In this document: piece after piece, positions 7,750-17,200 of the stretch | Numbering within the stretch: position 1 is the first letter of the stretch | Layout: every line of letters starts with the position of its first letter | DNA from: Chloroflexota bacterium | GTDB taxonomy: Bacteria > Chloroflexota > Limnocylindria > Limnocylindrales > CSP1-4 | Assembly: GCA_021783095.1 (NCBI GenBank) | Contig: JAJXUG010000014.1 | Coordinates: 1,895-65,894 of the forward strand | Direction of reading: 5' to 3' | Length of the DNA stretch: 64,000 bases | The notes under the pieces: generated by a model | Told to the model about the DNA's origin: nothing | Database searches by the model: none | The model's input: only the letters and a program-made list of their open reading frames with translations | Made by a program: the position numbers and the translations under genes

Positions 7750-9084
7750 TCAGCCCTTGACGGCCTGGTCCGCGATGTCGAGCGCCCGATCGATGATGTC
7801 GAATCCCTCGGCCAGCTGCTGCTCGTTGATGCACAGCGGCGGGTTGGTGTGGATCGAGTTGTTCGAGATCATGGTGTACAGCCCATTCTCGCGGAAGAAC
7901 TTGCCGATCGCCTTCATCTCGTCGCTGGTGCCGTTGAACGGCGTGATCGGCGTCCACGGGTCCTGCGAGCGGACGAGGTCCAAGATCCCGAACAGGCCGA
8001 TGCTGCGGTGCGCGCCCACCGATGGGTGCTTCGCGGCCAGCGCCTCGTGGTGCCGGCGCATGACCTCGCCCATCCGGGCCGAGTTGCCGATGAGGTCGTC
8101 CTCCTCGTAGACCTTGATCGTCGCCAGCGATGCCGCGAGCGAGACCGGGTGCGACGAGTACGTCAGGCCGCCGTAGAACATCCTGGTGTCCATGGCCTCG
8201 GCGATCTTGCCGTTCATGGCCACCGCGCCCAGCGGCAGGTAGGACGACGTCAGGCCCTTGGCCATCGTCATGAGGTCGGGCACGACGTCCCAGTGGTCCA
8301 CGGCGAACCAGCGACCGGTCCGGCCGAAGCCCGCCATCACCTCGTCGGCGACCATCATGATCCCGTACTTGTCGCACAGGTCCCGGACGCCCCGCAGGTA
8401 CCCGTCGGGCGGGATGAGGATGCCGTTGGTGCCGACGACAGTCTCGAGGAAGATCGCGGCGATCGTGTGCGCGCCCTCGTACTTGATGACGTCCTCGAGG
8501 CCGTTGAGCGCCTCCTCGGCCGGCCGCGGCTCCTTCTCGCCCCAGCGGTGCGTGTCGGGGTAGCGCACGACGCCGACGATGCCGGGCTCGTTGGCCCAGC
8601 GGCGGTAGTCGCCCGTGAGCGTCATCGCGCCGGCGGTCGCGCCGTGGTAGGCGCGGTACCGGGCGAGCAGCTTGTACTTGCCGGTCACGTGGCGCGCGAG
8701 CTTGATCGCGTTCTCGACGGCCTCCGCGCCGCCGAGCGTGAAGAACACCTTGTTCATGTCGCCCGGCAGGATCTCGGCCAGCTTGGCGCCGAGCCGGGCG
8801 CGGATCTCGGTGGCGAACGCGGGCTGGACGAACTGGAGCTTGGACGCCTGCTCGTTGATGGCGTCGATGACGCGCCGGTCGCCGTGGCCGATGTTGACCG
8901 ACATCAACTGCGCGTTGAAGTCGAGGATCCGCCGGCCCTCGGGCGTGTAGAGGTAGACGCCCTCGGCACGGTCGATCGCGAGCGGATCGAGCTGGCCCTG
9001 GATGGACCAGCTGAACATGGTGTGCGCGCGGGACAGCGAGACGATCTCCTCGCTGGTCATGCGCGGCGCGGCGCTGATGCCCAT
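7750..9084 (-). CDS. class III PLP aminotransferase (omega-amino acid/beta-alanine:pyruvate type)
   Basis: AEGVYL, NIGHG, YHGAT, ADEVMAGFGRTG, PDLMTMAKGLTSSYLPLG (PLP Lys); GGAGG RBS before ATG 9084. Confidence 0.9.
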   Translation of the reverse strand: MGISAAPRMTSEEIVSLSRAHTMFSWSIQGQLDPLAIDRAEGVYLYTPEGRRILDFNAQLMSVNIGHGDRRVIDAINEQASKLQFVQPAFATEIRARLGAKLAEILPGDMNKVFFTLGGAEAVENAIKLARHVTGKYKLLARYRAYHGATAGAMTLTGDYRRWANEPGIVGVVRYPDTHRWGEKEPRPAEEALNGLEDVIKYEGAHTIAAIFLETVVGTNGILIPPDGYLRGVRDLCDKYGIMMVADEVMAGFGRTGRWFAVDHWDVVPDLMTMAKGLTSSYLPLGAVAMNGKIAEAMDTRMFYGGLTYSSHPVSLAASLATIKVYEEDDLIGNSARMGEVMRRHHEALAAKHPSVGAHRSIGLFGILDLVRSQDPWTPITPFNGTSDEMKAIGKFFRENGLYTMISNNSIHTNPPLCINEQQLAEGFDIIDRALDIADQAVKG

Positions 9085-9360
9085 GAGACCTCCAGTCGGG
9101 CCGCGATGCGGGCGACCCGTGCGGTTGCGTCCGAGGTGCGATGCGGTCATTACAGCACAGCGCTCCCTGGCAGGTCTGGGCCGAAGCGCCGGGTGGCACA
9201 GGTGCCGGAGGTCCCCTCCCCTTCTCGCCAACGCCCGGCCCACCGTGGAGTCGAATCCGAGCTCGCCGAGCGTGGCGCGCGCGATTGCCGGGCATCGGGC
9301 CCCCGCCGAGCGTGGAGCACCCCGAGATGACCCCCAGCCGACGTGCCGAGCGGAAGCACC

Positions 9361-10821
9361 CTAGCCGGTAGCGGCCGCGGGGAACGGCGCGCTCGGGATC
9401 GCCTCGGCGAGGCGCAGGATCGTCGCGAGCGAGCGGTCCACGTCCTCGGTCGTGGTCCGCCAGCCCGAGACGGAGATCCGCATCACGCGCTGTCCGTGCC
9501 AGACCGAGCCGCCCAGCCACAGCGTCCCATCGCCCTGGACCGCGGCAACCACCGCGCCCGTCCGCGCGTCGGCGGCCGAACCGTCACCCGAGGGATCGTC
9601 GAAGCGGACGAGCACCTGGTTGAGCACGACGTCGTTGACCACGCGGATGCCCAGCGATGAAGGGGCCGCCGCGAGGCCGGCCGCGAACCGGAGTGCATGG
9701 TCGCAGGTGCGCCCGACCATCGCCGCCACGCCCTCGCGCCCCAGCGAGCGGATCGCCGCCCACACGGCGAACCCGCGCGCCCTCCGCGACGACTCGGCGA
9801 CCCAGTTGTACGGGTCCCGCTCGCCGCCCGCCGTCTCCACGTAGTACGCCGCGCCGAGCGTCATCGCCGCGTGGTGCGCGGCCGGACGTGCGCAGAACAC
9901 CAGGCCCGAGTCGTACGGGACGTTGAGCCACTTGTGCGCGTCGGTCGTCCAGGAGTCGGCCCGCTCGACGCCGGCAAGCAGGTGGCGCCTCGCCGGGTCG
10001 GCCGAGGCCCACAGCCCGAACGCTCCGTCGACGTGGAGCCAGCCGCCGCTGGCGCGGACGAGGTCCGTGATCTCCGGCAGGGGGTCGAACGCACCGGTGT
10101 TCACGTTGCCGGCCTGGGCGCAGACCAACGCGGGCCGGTCCATCCCGGCCAGCATCTCGGCGAGCGCATCTGCGCGCATCCGGCCCTGCCGGTCCGTCGG
10201 GACGCGGCGCACCCGGTCGCGGCCCATGCCCAGCATCTGGAGCGCGGCGTGGATGGTGACGTGCGCCTCCTCGCCCACCACCACCGGCACGTCGGGTGCG
10301 CTGAACAGCCCGTTGCGCTCGACATCCCAGCCGGCCTGCTCCAGCAGTGCGTGGCGAGCCGCGGCGAGCGCCGTGAACGACGCCATCGTGGCGCCGGTCG
10401 TGAACCCCGCCGAGGCCTCGGCGGGCAGGCCGAGCAGCTCTGCCGCCCACCGCGCCGCCACCTCCTCGGCGACGGCCGCCGCCGGCCCCATGACGTACAT
10501 CGCGGCGTTCTGGTCCCAGACGCTCGCGAGCCAGTCTGCGCCCACCGCGGCCGGCAGCCCGCCGCCGACGACGAAGCCGAAGTACCGCGGGCCCGCGCTC
10601 CGGACCATCCCCCCGGACGCGCCCGCCGCCAGCGCGTCGATCGTGGCCACCGGGTCCTTGCCCGCCTCCGGCAGCGGCCCCCCAAGGCGCTCGCGCAGTT
10701 CGGCCACGGAGGCAGTTGGCCCCACCCGGCCAGCGTCGAGGCCGGCCGCCCACGACCGGGCCAGGTCCGCCGCGCGGGCGAGGGCGGCGTCGGTGGCGCT
10801 GCGCGCGGTCTCGTGGTCCAT
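9361..10821 (-). CDS. group II pyridoxal-dependent decarboxylase
   Basis: PRYFGFV, FTTGATMA, EEAHVTI, QAGNVNTGAFD, HVDGAFG, DAHKWLNVPYDSG. Confidence 0.9.
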   Translation of the reverse strand: MDHETARSATDAALARAADLARSWAAGLDAGRVGPTASVAELRERLGGPLPEAGKDPVATIDALAAGASGGMVRSAGPRYFGFVVGGGLPAAVGADWLASVWDQNAAMYVMGPAAAVAEEVAARWAAELLGLPAEASAGFTTGATMASFTALAAARHALLEQAGWDVERNGLFSAPDVPVVVGEEAHVTIHAALQMLGMGRDRVRRVPTDRQGRMRADALAEMLAGMDRPALVCAQAGNVNTGAFDPLPEITDLVRASGGWLHVDGAFGLWASADPARRHLLAGVERADSWTTDAHKWLNVPYDSGLVFCARPAAHHAAMTLGAAYYVETAGGERDPYNWVAESSRRARGFAVWAAIRSLGREGVAAMVGRTCDHALRFAAGLAAAPSSLGIRVVNDVVLNQVLVRFDDPSGDGSAADARTGAVVAAVQGDGTLWLGGSVWHGQRVMRISVSGWRTTTEDVDRSLATILRLAEAIPSAPFPAAATG

Positions 10822-11128
10822 CTTCAGCTCCCGCTCTGGCCATCGCCGGGTCACCATCGCCGGGTCAGCCTCGTGATCATCGCGCGGACGCCCCGAACGC
10901 GCCTGCTCGGGCTGGGCCCGGGCGCGCCGCGCCCGGGACGACTGATCGGCGTGCGCTCGAGGCTGCCAATCGTCCCCGCGCGTCCGCGCCAACGGCGCTG
11001 TCCGCGCTCCGCGAGCGGGGTATGCTCAGCCCATTGACCGCTGCGGGCGGATGCCCGCGGGCTCGCCGGCCCAAGACGCGGGACGGTAGGGTCCACCAGC
11101 GCGAGGCACTTCGAGGAGGCAGTTCGCG

Positions 11129-11980
11129 ATGCCCCGTATCGTCCGAGGCGCACTCCTGCAGGCTACCTGGACCGGCGACAAGGAGTCGATGATCCAGAAG
11201 CACGAGCAGTACGTGCACCAGGCGAAGCAGCAGGGTGCCCAGTTCATGCTCTTCCAGGAGCTGTTCTACGGGCCCTACTTCTGTCAGGTCCAGGACAAGA
11301 AGTACTACTCCTACACCGAGTACATCCCCGACGGACCCACCACCAAGCGCTTCCAGGCGCTGGCGAAGGAGACCGGGATGGTCCTCGTCGTGCCGATGTA
11401 CGAGGAGGACAGCCAGACCACCGGGATCTACTACAACACGGCCGCGGTGATCGACGCCGACGGGACGTACCTGGGCAAGTACCGCAAGACCCACATCCCG
11501 CACGTCGAGGGGTTCTGGGAGAAGTTCTACTTCCGCCCCGGAAACCTGGGCTACCCGGTGTTCCAGACGGCCGTGGGCAAGATCGGCGTCTACATCTGCT
11601 ACGACCGCCACTTCCCGGAGGGCGCCCGCGCGCTCGGGCTCAACGGCGCCGAGATCGTCCTGATCCCGTCGGCCACCTCGCGCGGCCTGTCCGAGTACCT
11701 GTGGCGCGTCGAGCAGGTCAGCCACTCGCTGGCCAACGGCTACTTCATCGGGACCATCAATCGGGTGGGCATCGAGAAGGAGATCGGGCCGGACGACTTC
11801 TACGGCCAGAGCTACTTCGTGGACCCGCTGGGCCAGTTCGTCGGCGCGGTCGGCAGCCCCTACGACGAGGAGCTGATCATCCGCGACCTCGACCTCGACG
11901 TGATCTCCAAGGTCCGCCAGACGTGGCAGTTCTACCGCGATCGACGGCCGGAGATGTACGGGGACCTGGTCAAGCCGTAG
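11129..11980 (+). CDS. nitrilase-superfamily C-N hydrolase, probable beta-ureidopropionase
   Basis: Catalytic triad motifs FQELF, YRKTHIP, ICYDRHFPE; FWEKFYF; GAGGAGG RBS. Confidence 0.85.
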   Translation: MPRIVRGALLQATWTGDKESMIQKHEQYVHQAKQQGAQFMLFQELFYGPYFCQVQDKKYYSYTEYIPDGPTTKRFQALAKETGMVLVVPMYEEDSQTTGIYYNTAAVIDADGTYLGKYRKTHIPHVEGFWEKFYFRPGNLGYPVFQTAVGKIGVYICYDRHFPEGARALGLNGAEIVLIPSATSRGLSEYLWRVEQVSHSLANGYFIGTINRVGIEKEIGPDDFYGQSYFVDPLGQFVGAVGSPYDEELIIRDLDLDVISKVRQTWQFYRDRRPEMYGDLVKP

Positions 11981-12115
11981 TAGGCTGACGCCGGCTGCTC
12001 GGGCGAAGGGGTTCGCGAGCGGTCGGGCATCGGGTATGATCCCGCGCGGCTCGGCTGCCAGGAGGAGGGCAGCCGAGCCGTTCGATTCTCCGGGTCGTCC
12101 CGGACGGAGGGTCAG

Positions 12116-13111
12116 ATGCAGTTCGGGTTCACGCTCAAACCGGACCACACGATCGAGCGGACGCTCGCGTTGACCCGCCAGGCCGAGGCGGCCGGCTTCG
12201 GCTACGGCTGGCTGTTCGATTCCCACGTGCTGTGGCGGGACCCGTACCCGCTGCTCACGCTCATGGCGCAGGCCACCACGGACATGCACCTGGGCACCTG
12301 CGTCACCAACCCTGCCACACGCGAGCCGACGGTCACGGCGTCGGCGCTCGCGGTGCTCCAGGAGCTCTCCGGCGGGCGGATGGAGCTGGGCATCGGGCGC
12401 GGCGACTCGTCGCGCCGGGTGCTGGGCAAGCAGCCGACGTCGATGCGGGACCTCGAGCAGGCCGTGCACGTGATCCGCGCCCTGACCGAGGGCCACTCGA
12501 TCGAGTTCGAGGGTGCCATGCTCGAGCTGCCCTGGGTTGGCGCCGGGCACCAGCTGCCGGTGTGGATCGCGGGCTACGGCCCGGTCGCGCTCAAGCTCAC
12601 CGGGCGGATCGCGGACGGCGCCATGCTCCAGATCGGCGACCCGGACCTCATCCGGTGGTTCGTCTCCCAGGTTCGCGCGTCGGCCGAGGCGTCGGGCCGG
12701 GACCCGAACGCTGTGAAGGTGATGGCCGCGGCGCCCGCGCACGTGGGCGACCTGGCCGACGGCCGCGACCGCACCCGCTGGTTCCCGGCACTCGTGTCGA
12801 ACCACGTGGTCGACCTCGTGAACAAGTACCCCCGCGAGGACCTGCCGCAGGAGCTGACGGCCTACATCCGGAACCGCGAGGGCTACGACTACCTCCACCA
12901 CGCCGAGGTGGGCTCCTCGAACGCGTCGTTCGTCTCGGACGAGATCGTCGACCGCTTCTGCCTGGTCGGGCCGCCTGAAGCGCACCTCCAGCGGCTCCGG
13001 GAGCTGGCCGACGCCGGCGTGGACCAGTTCAACCTCTACCTGATGAACGGGAACGAGGAGGAGCAGCTCGAGCTCTACGGGCGCGAGATCATCCCTGCGC
13101 TGCGCAGCTGA
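12116..13111 (+). CDS. LLM-class (probably F420-dependent) oxidoreductase, TIGR03842-like
   Basis: WLFDSHVLWRDPY, GTCVTNPATR, LGIGRGDSS, YDYLHH, DEIVDRFC; context next to hydA and C-N hydrolase. Confidence 0.8.
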   Translation: MQFGFTLKPDHTIERTLALTRQAEAAGFGYGWLFDSHVLWRDPYPLLTLMAQATTDMHLGTCVTNPATREPTVTASALAVLQELSGGRMELGIGRGDSSRRVLGKQPTSMRDLEQAVHVIRALTEGHSIEFEGAMLELPWVGAGHQLPVWIAGYGPVALKLTGRIADGAMLQIGDPDLIRWFVSQVRASAEASGRDPNAVKVMAAAPAHVGDLADGRDRTRWFPALVSNHVVDLVNKYPREDLPQELTAYIRNREGYDYLHHAEVGSSNASFVSDEIVDRFCLVGPPEAHLQRLRELADAGVDQFNLYLMNGNEEEQLELYGREIIPALRS

Positions 13112-13267
13112 CAGGGAAAGGCGCGCCGAGCGGCGCGGTCATCGCCCGGCGTGCGCCCGCCTTACCGCCTGCCTGACGGCCCACCGCACCGGAGCCACCT
13201 CGTACTGGGCGAGAGGTACTCTCGACCCCAGAACCCCCGCAGCCGACAATCGCGGCGGAGGTACGCC

Positions 13268-13456
13268 ATGTCAGCGCTGTCCAGACTCCGCCGCCCCGAT
13301 CCTCGCTGGGAGGAGGAGGGGCCGGCCGCGCGCCGCGAGTACCGGCGCCGCCGCACGCGCGAGATGGCGTCGTTCGCGACCTCGCTCGTGGCGGCCGTGA
13401 TGGCGGTGGCCGCCCTCGCGCTCCGGCTCGGGAGTGCCCTGCTCAGCCGCGGATAG
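13268..13456 (+). CDS. small membrane protein (62 aa)
   Basis: GGAGG RBS, ATG 13268, Arg-rich N-terminus and one C-terminal hydrophobic helix. Confidence 0.5.
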   Translation: MSALSRLRRPDPRWEEEGPAARREYRRRRTREMASFATSLVAAVMAVAALALRLGSALLSRG

Positions 13457-13562
13457 CGCAAACCTCCTCCGAGGCGTCGTGCCCGGGTCTACGATGGGCT
13501 GACACGCGCCACCCCGTCCGACGGGTGCAGCCGGCGGGGCATCCCAACGCCAAGGAGGAAGG

Positions 13563-14954
13563 ATGCGCACCCTGTTCGCCAACGGCACGATCGTCACTGC
13601 CGATGGCTCCTACCGAGCGGACGTGCTCGTCGAGGGCGAGACGATCGTGCAGATCGGTGCCGGCCTCGCAGCCTCGGTCACGGCCGACGAGGTGATCGAC
13701 GCTGGCGGCAAGTACGTGATCCCCGGCGGCATCGACGCCCACACGCACATGAAGCTGCCGTTCGGCGGCACCTACGCGAAGGACGACTTCGAGACCGGCA
13801 CCCGCGCCGCTGCGTTCGGCGGGACGACGACCATCGTGGACTTCGCGGTGCAGTCGAAGGGCGAGACGCTGCACCAGGGCCTCGACAAGTGGTTCGCGCT
13901 GGCCGAGGGCATGGCCGTCGCCGACTACGGCTTCCACATGATCATGTCCGACGTCACGGACGCCTCGCTGCCCGAGATGGACCAGCTGGTCGACGAGGGC
14001 GTCCCGGACTTCAAGCTGTTCACCGCGTACCCGGGCGTCTTCTACTCGCCCGACGACCACATCTTCCGCGCCCTCAAGCAGACCGCCAAGAACGGCGGCC
14101 TGATCCTGATGCACGCCGAGAACGGGCCGGTCATCGACGTCCTGGCGGCCGACCAGGTCGCGAAGGGGGTCACCGACCCGATCGGGCACGGCCTGGCGCG
14201 CGACTCCCGGATGGAGGGCGAGGCGACGAACCGCGTCATCCGGATGGCGGAGGTCGCCGGCGCGCCCGTCTACTTCGTCCACATGTCGGCCAAGGAGGCG
14301 CTCAAGGCGCTCGTCGAGGCCCGCGGCCGCGGCGCGATGGCCTGGGCGGAGACGTGCCCGCAGTACCTGTACCTCACGCTCGACGACCTCGGTCACGGGT
14401 TCGAGGGCGCCAAGTTCGTCTGCTCGCCGCCCCTCCGGACGCCCGACCACGCCGTCGAGCTCTGGAACGCGCTCAAGCGCGACGACATCGCGCTGGTCGG
14501 CACCGACCACTGCCCGTTCGACTTCCACGGGCAGAAGGAGATGGGCCGCGGCGACTTCCGCAAGATCCCCAACGGCCTGCCGGGCGTCGAGGAGCGGGTC
14601 GACCTGATGCACCAGGCCGTCGCCGACGGCAAGCTCTCCAAGGAGCGCTGGGTCGAGGTCGTGTCGACCGCGCCCGCCAAGATGTTCGGGATGTACCCGC
14701 GGAAGGGCGCCATCGCGGTCGGGTCCGACGCGGACATCGTCGTCTACGATCCGGCCCGCACGCACGTGCTCTCGGCCAAGACGCACCACATGGACGTCGA
14801 CTACTCGTGCTACGAGGGCATGACGGTCCGGGGCGGCTCGGACATCGTGATGTCCCGCGGCTCGGTCATCGTCCGCAACGGCGAGTTCACCGGCCGCAAG
14901 GGCGCCGGCAAGTTCATCAAGCGGTCGCGCGCCACGTTCCCGCGCATCAGCTAG
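13563..14954 (+). CDS. hydA: dihydropyrimidinase / D-hydantoinase
   Basis: PGGIDAHTH, GGTTTIVDF, FKLFTAY, MHAENG, ETCPQYL, SPPLR, TDHCPF, KIPNGLPGVE. Confidence 0.95.
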   Translation: MRTLFANGTIVTADGSYRADVLVEGETIVQIGAGLAASVTADEVIDAGGKYVIPGGIDAHTHMKLPFGGTYAKDDFETGTRAAAFGGTTTIVDFAVQSKGETLHQGLDKWFALAEGMAVADYGFHMIMSDVTDASLPEMDQLVDEGVPDFKLFTAYPGVFYSPDDHIFRALKQTAKNGGLILMHAENGPVIDVLAADQVAKGVTDPIGHGLARDSRMEGEATNRVIRMAEVAGAPVYFVHMSAKEALKALVEARGRGAMAWAETCPQYLYLTLDDLGHGFEGAKFVCSPPLRTPDHAVELWNALKRDDIALVGTDHCPFDFHGQKEMGRGDFRKIPNGLPGVEERVDLMHQAVADGKLSKERWVEVVSTAPAKMFGMYPRKGAIAVGSDADIVVYDPARTHVLSAKTHHMDVDYSCYEGMTVRGGSDIVMSRGSVIVRNGEFTGRKGAGKFIKRSRATFPRIS

Positions 14955-14968
14955 GGACGCTGCCTCTC

Positions 14969-15001
14969 ACGACCCCCGTGGGCCCGCCCCGCGGGGGTCG
15001 T
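14969..15001. terminator. hairpin between convergent hydA and ACT gene
   Basis: ACGACCCCCG / CGGGGGTCGT inverted repeat 15 nt after hydA stop. Confidence 0.6.
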
Positions 15002-15047
15002 TCCGTGTCGCGCGCCGGATCGCCGCGTCGCAGCCAGCGCCGGTCCC

Positions 15048-15458
15048 TCAGCTCACGCCGACGAGGTCCTCCGCGCGCTGGCCCAAGGCCTGGCGCGCGG
15101 TGGCCACGTCGTCCACGCAGAAGGCCCATTCCGCGAAGCCCGGGCGCTCCCCCGCCTTCACCACGCCCGTCACGCTCACGCCGGCCCGCGCGAGGCGGTC
15201 GGCCACGTCCCCGAAGGCGCCGGGCCGGTCGCGAACCTCGACCATGAGCGGCTCGCCCTCGATGAACGGGTGGCCGAGGCCCTTGATGACGCGCCGCGCA
15301 GCGTCATCGTCGGTGGTGGTGACGAACAGGCACTCGAGGGGCCCGCTGCCGACGCACGCGACGTGGGCGATCTCGATGCTGAAGGCCTCGAAGGCCTTGA
15401 TGAGGCGAGTCAGCTCGCCCGGGTGGTTGTCGAGCTGGACGACGAATTGGCGGGCCAT
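15048..15458 (-). CDS. tandem ACT-domain protein
   Basis: MARQFVVQLDNHPGEL and EVRDRPGAFGDVADRLARAGV, two ACT-type repeats; GGAGAGG RBS. Confidence 0.8.
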   Translation of the reverse strand: MARQFVVQLDNHPGELTRLIKAFEAFSIEIAHVACVGSGPLECLFVTTTDDDAARRVIKGLGHPFIEGEPLMVEVRDRPGAFGDVADRLARAGVSVTGVVKAGERPGFAEWAFCVDDVATARQALGQRAEDLVGVS

Positions 15459-15617
15459 CTGCGCACCTCTCCGGCGGGCCTGGCGGCCCGGCATGACGGT
15501 GCCATCCTCTCGGCACGCCGTCGGCCGGGCCAGTGCCCTTCGGGGAAGTCCAGACCCGCCACCCGGCGCCGCGGCGGGTAGATTGGACGGCGACGAAGCC
15601 GCACTCGGAGCCGCGCA

Positions 15618-15932
15618 ATGTTCGTGACCCTCGTCCACTGCCACGTCAAGGCGGATGCCGTTGACGCCTTCATCGATGCCTGCCGCTCGAACCACGAGGG
15701 GTCGGTGCGCGAGCCGGGCAACGTCAGGTTCGACGTCCTCCAGCTCGCCGAGGACCCAACGCGCTTCGTCCTGTACGAGTGGTATGTCGACGAGGCGGCC
15801 GCCAAGGCCCACAAGGACACGCCGCACTACGCTGCCTGGCGCGAGTCGACAGCGGACATGTTCGAGGAGCCGCGCTACGGCGTCCGCTACGTCGGCCTGG
15901 CACCGCTGGTCCCGCCGACCCTGGAGGCCTGA
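15618..15932 (+). CDS. ABM/LsrG-like monooxygenase-fold protein
   Basis: EPGNVRFDVLQ...FVLYEWY...AHKDTPHY. Confidence 0.85.
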   Translation: MFVTLVHCHVKADAVDAFIDACRSNHEGSVREPGNVRFDVLQLAEDPTRFVLYEWYVDEAAAKAHKDTPHYAAWRESTADMFEEPRYGVRYVGLAPLVPPTLEA

Positions 15933-15975
15933 TGCAGCCCGCGGACAGTCCCAGGACCGCGCTTGAGCGGTCGAG

Positions 15976-17193
15976 GTGAGCGCCGGCGAGGGCGGCATCG
16001 GCCAGGTGGCCGTCGGCCGGCTGCCGCGGATCACCTTCGGCGCCGGGGTCGCCGCGAGGCTGCCGTCGATCGTGGCGGGGCACGGCCGTCGGGCGCTGCT
16101 CGTCCGGGGCACGCACTCGCTCGCCGCCGGCGGGCGACTGGAGCCGCTCCGGGACGCCCTCGCCGATGCGGGCGTCGAGCTCGCGGGCGAAGCTGCCGTC
16201 AGCGGCGAGCCCTCCCCTGCCCTGGTCGACGGGATCGCGGCCGCGCACCGCGGCGACGGGATCGACGTCGTCCTCGGGATCGGCGGCGGCTCGGCGCTCG
16301 ACACCGCCAAGGCCGTCTCGGGCCTGCTCCGCGTGGACGCTCCTGTCACGGACTTCCTCGAGGGCCTGCCAGGCGCCCGCCCCTGGCCGGGCCCGTCCGT
16401 GCCGCTGGTCGCCGTGCCCACCACGGCCGGCACCGGCAGCGAGGCCACGCGCAACGCCGTGATCAGCGAACGCGGCCCCGCCGGCTACAAGCGCTCGTTC
16501 CGCGACGAGCGGCTCGTCCCGGCCGACGCCGTCGTGGACCCGGACCTGCTCGCCGGGCTCCCCGCGGACCGCATCGCCGAGAACGGGATGGACGCGCTCG
16601 CGCAGCTGCTCGAGTCGTACGTGTCGCTGCGGGCGGGCGCGTTCACCGACGCGCTGGCGATCGCCGGGCTTGCCGCCGCGCGGGACGGCCTCCTCGCCTG
16701 GCACGCGGATCCCGAGGGTCCCGGAGCCCCGGCCGCCCGCGAGCGGATGGCGTGGGCCGCGCTCCTGTCGGGGATCTGCCTGGCGAACGCCGGGCTGGGC
16801 GCGGTGCACGGGCTCGCGTCGCCGCTGGGCGCCCAGTTCCCCGTCCCGCACGGTGCCGCCTGCGGCGCGACGATGGCACCGGTCACTGCGGCCAACGTCG
16901 CGGCGCTCGAGGCGCGGCAGCCCGACAGCCCGGCCCTCCGACGCTACGCGGTCCTGGGCCGGCTGCTCGCGCGCCTGCCCGACACCACGCCCGACTCGGC
17001 GGCGCGGTCGGCGCTGGTCGACACCGTCGGGACCTGGACCCGTGTCCTCGGCGTGCCGGGCCTCGCCTCGTGGGGCGTCGTCGAGGCGGACATCCCGGCG
17101 GTCGTCGCGGACGCCCGGGGCAGCTCGATGCGCACGAACCCGATCGTGCTGACCGATGACGAGCTGGCCGCGGTCCTCGCGGCCTCGATGTAG
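15976..17193 (+). CDS. iron-containing alcohol dehydrogenase
   Basis: GIGGGSALDTAKA, VPTTAGTGSEAT, GMDAL, GLGAVHGLASPLG, PHG. Confidence 0.9.
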   Translation: MSAGEGGIGQVAVGRLPRITFGAGVAARLPSIVAGHGRRALLVRGTHSLAAGGRLEPLRDALADAGVELAGEAAVSGEPSPALVDGIAAAHRGDGIDVVLGIGGGSALDTAKAVSGLLRVDAPVTDFLEGLPGARPWPGPSVPLVAVPTTAGTGSEATRNAVISERGPAGYKRSFRDERLVPADAVVDPDLLAGLPADRIAENGMDALAQLLESYVSLRAGAFTDALAIAGLAAARDGLLAWHADPEGPGAPAARERMAWAALLSGICLANAGLGAVHGLASPLGAQFPVPHGAACGATMAPVTAANVAALEARQPDSPALRRYAVLGRLLARLPDTTPDSAARSALVDTVGTWTRVLGVPGLASWGVVEADIPAVVADARGSSMRTNPIVLTDDELAAVLAASM

Positions 17194-17200
17194 CTGGCAG

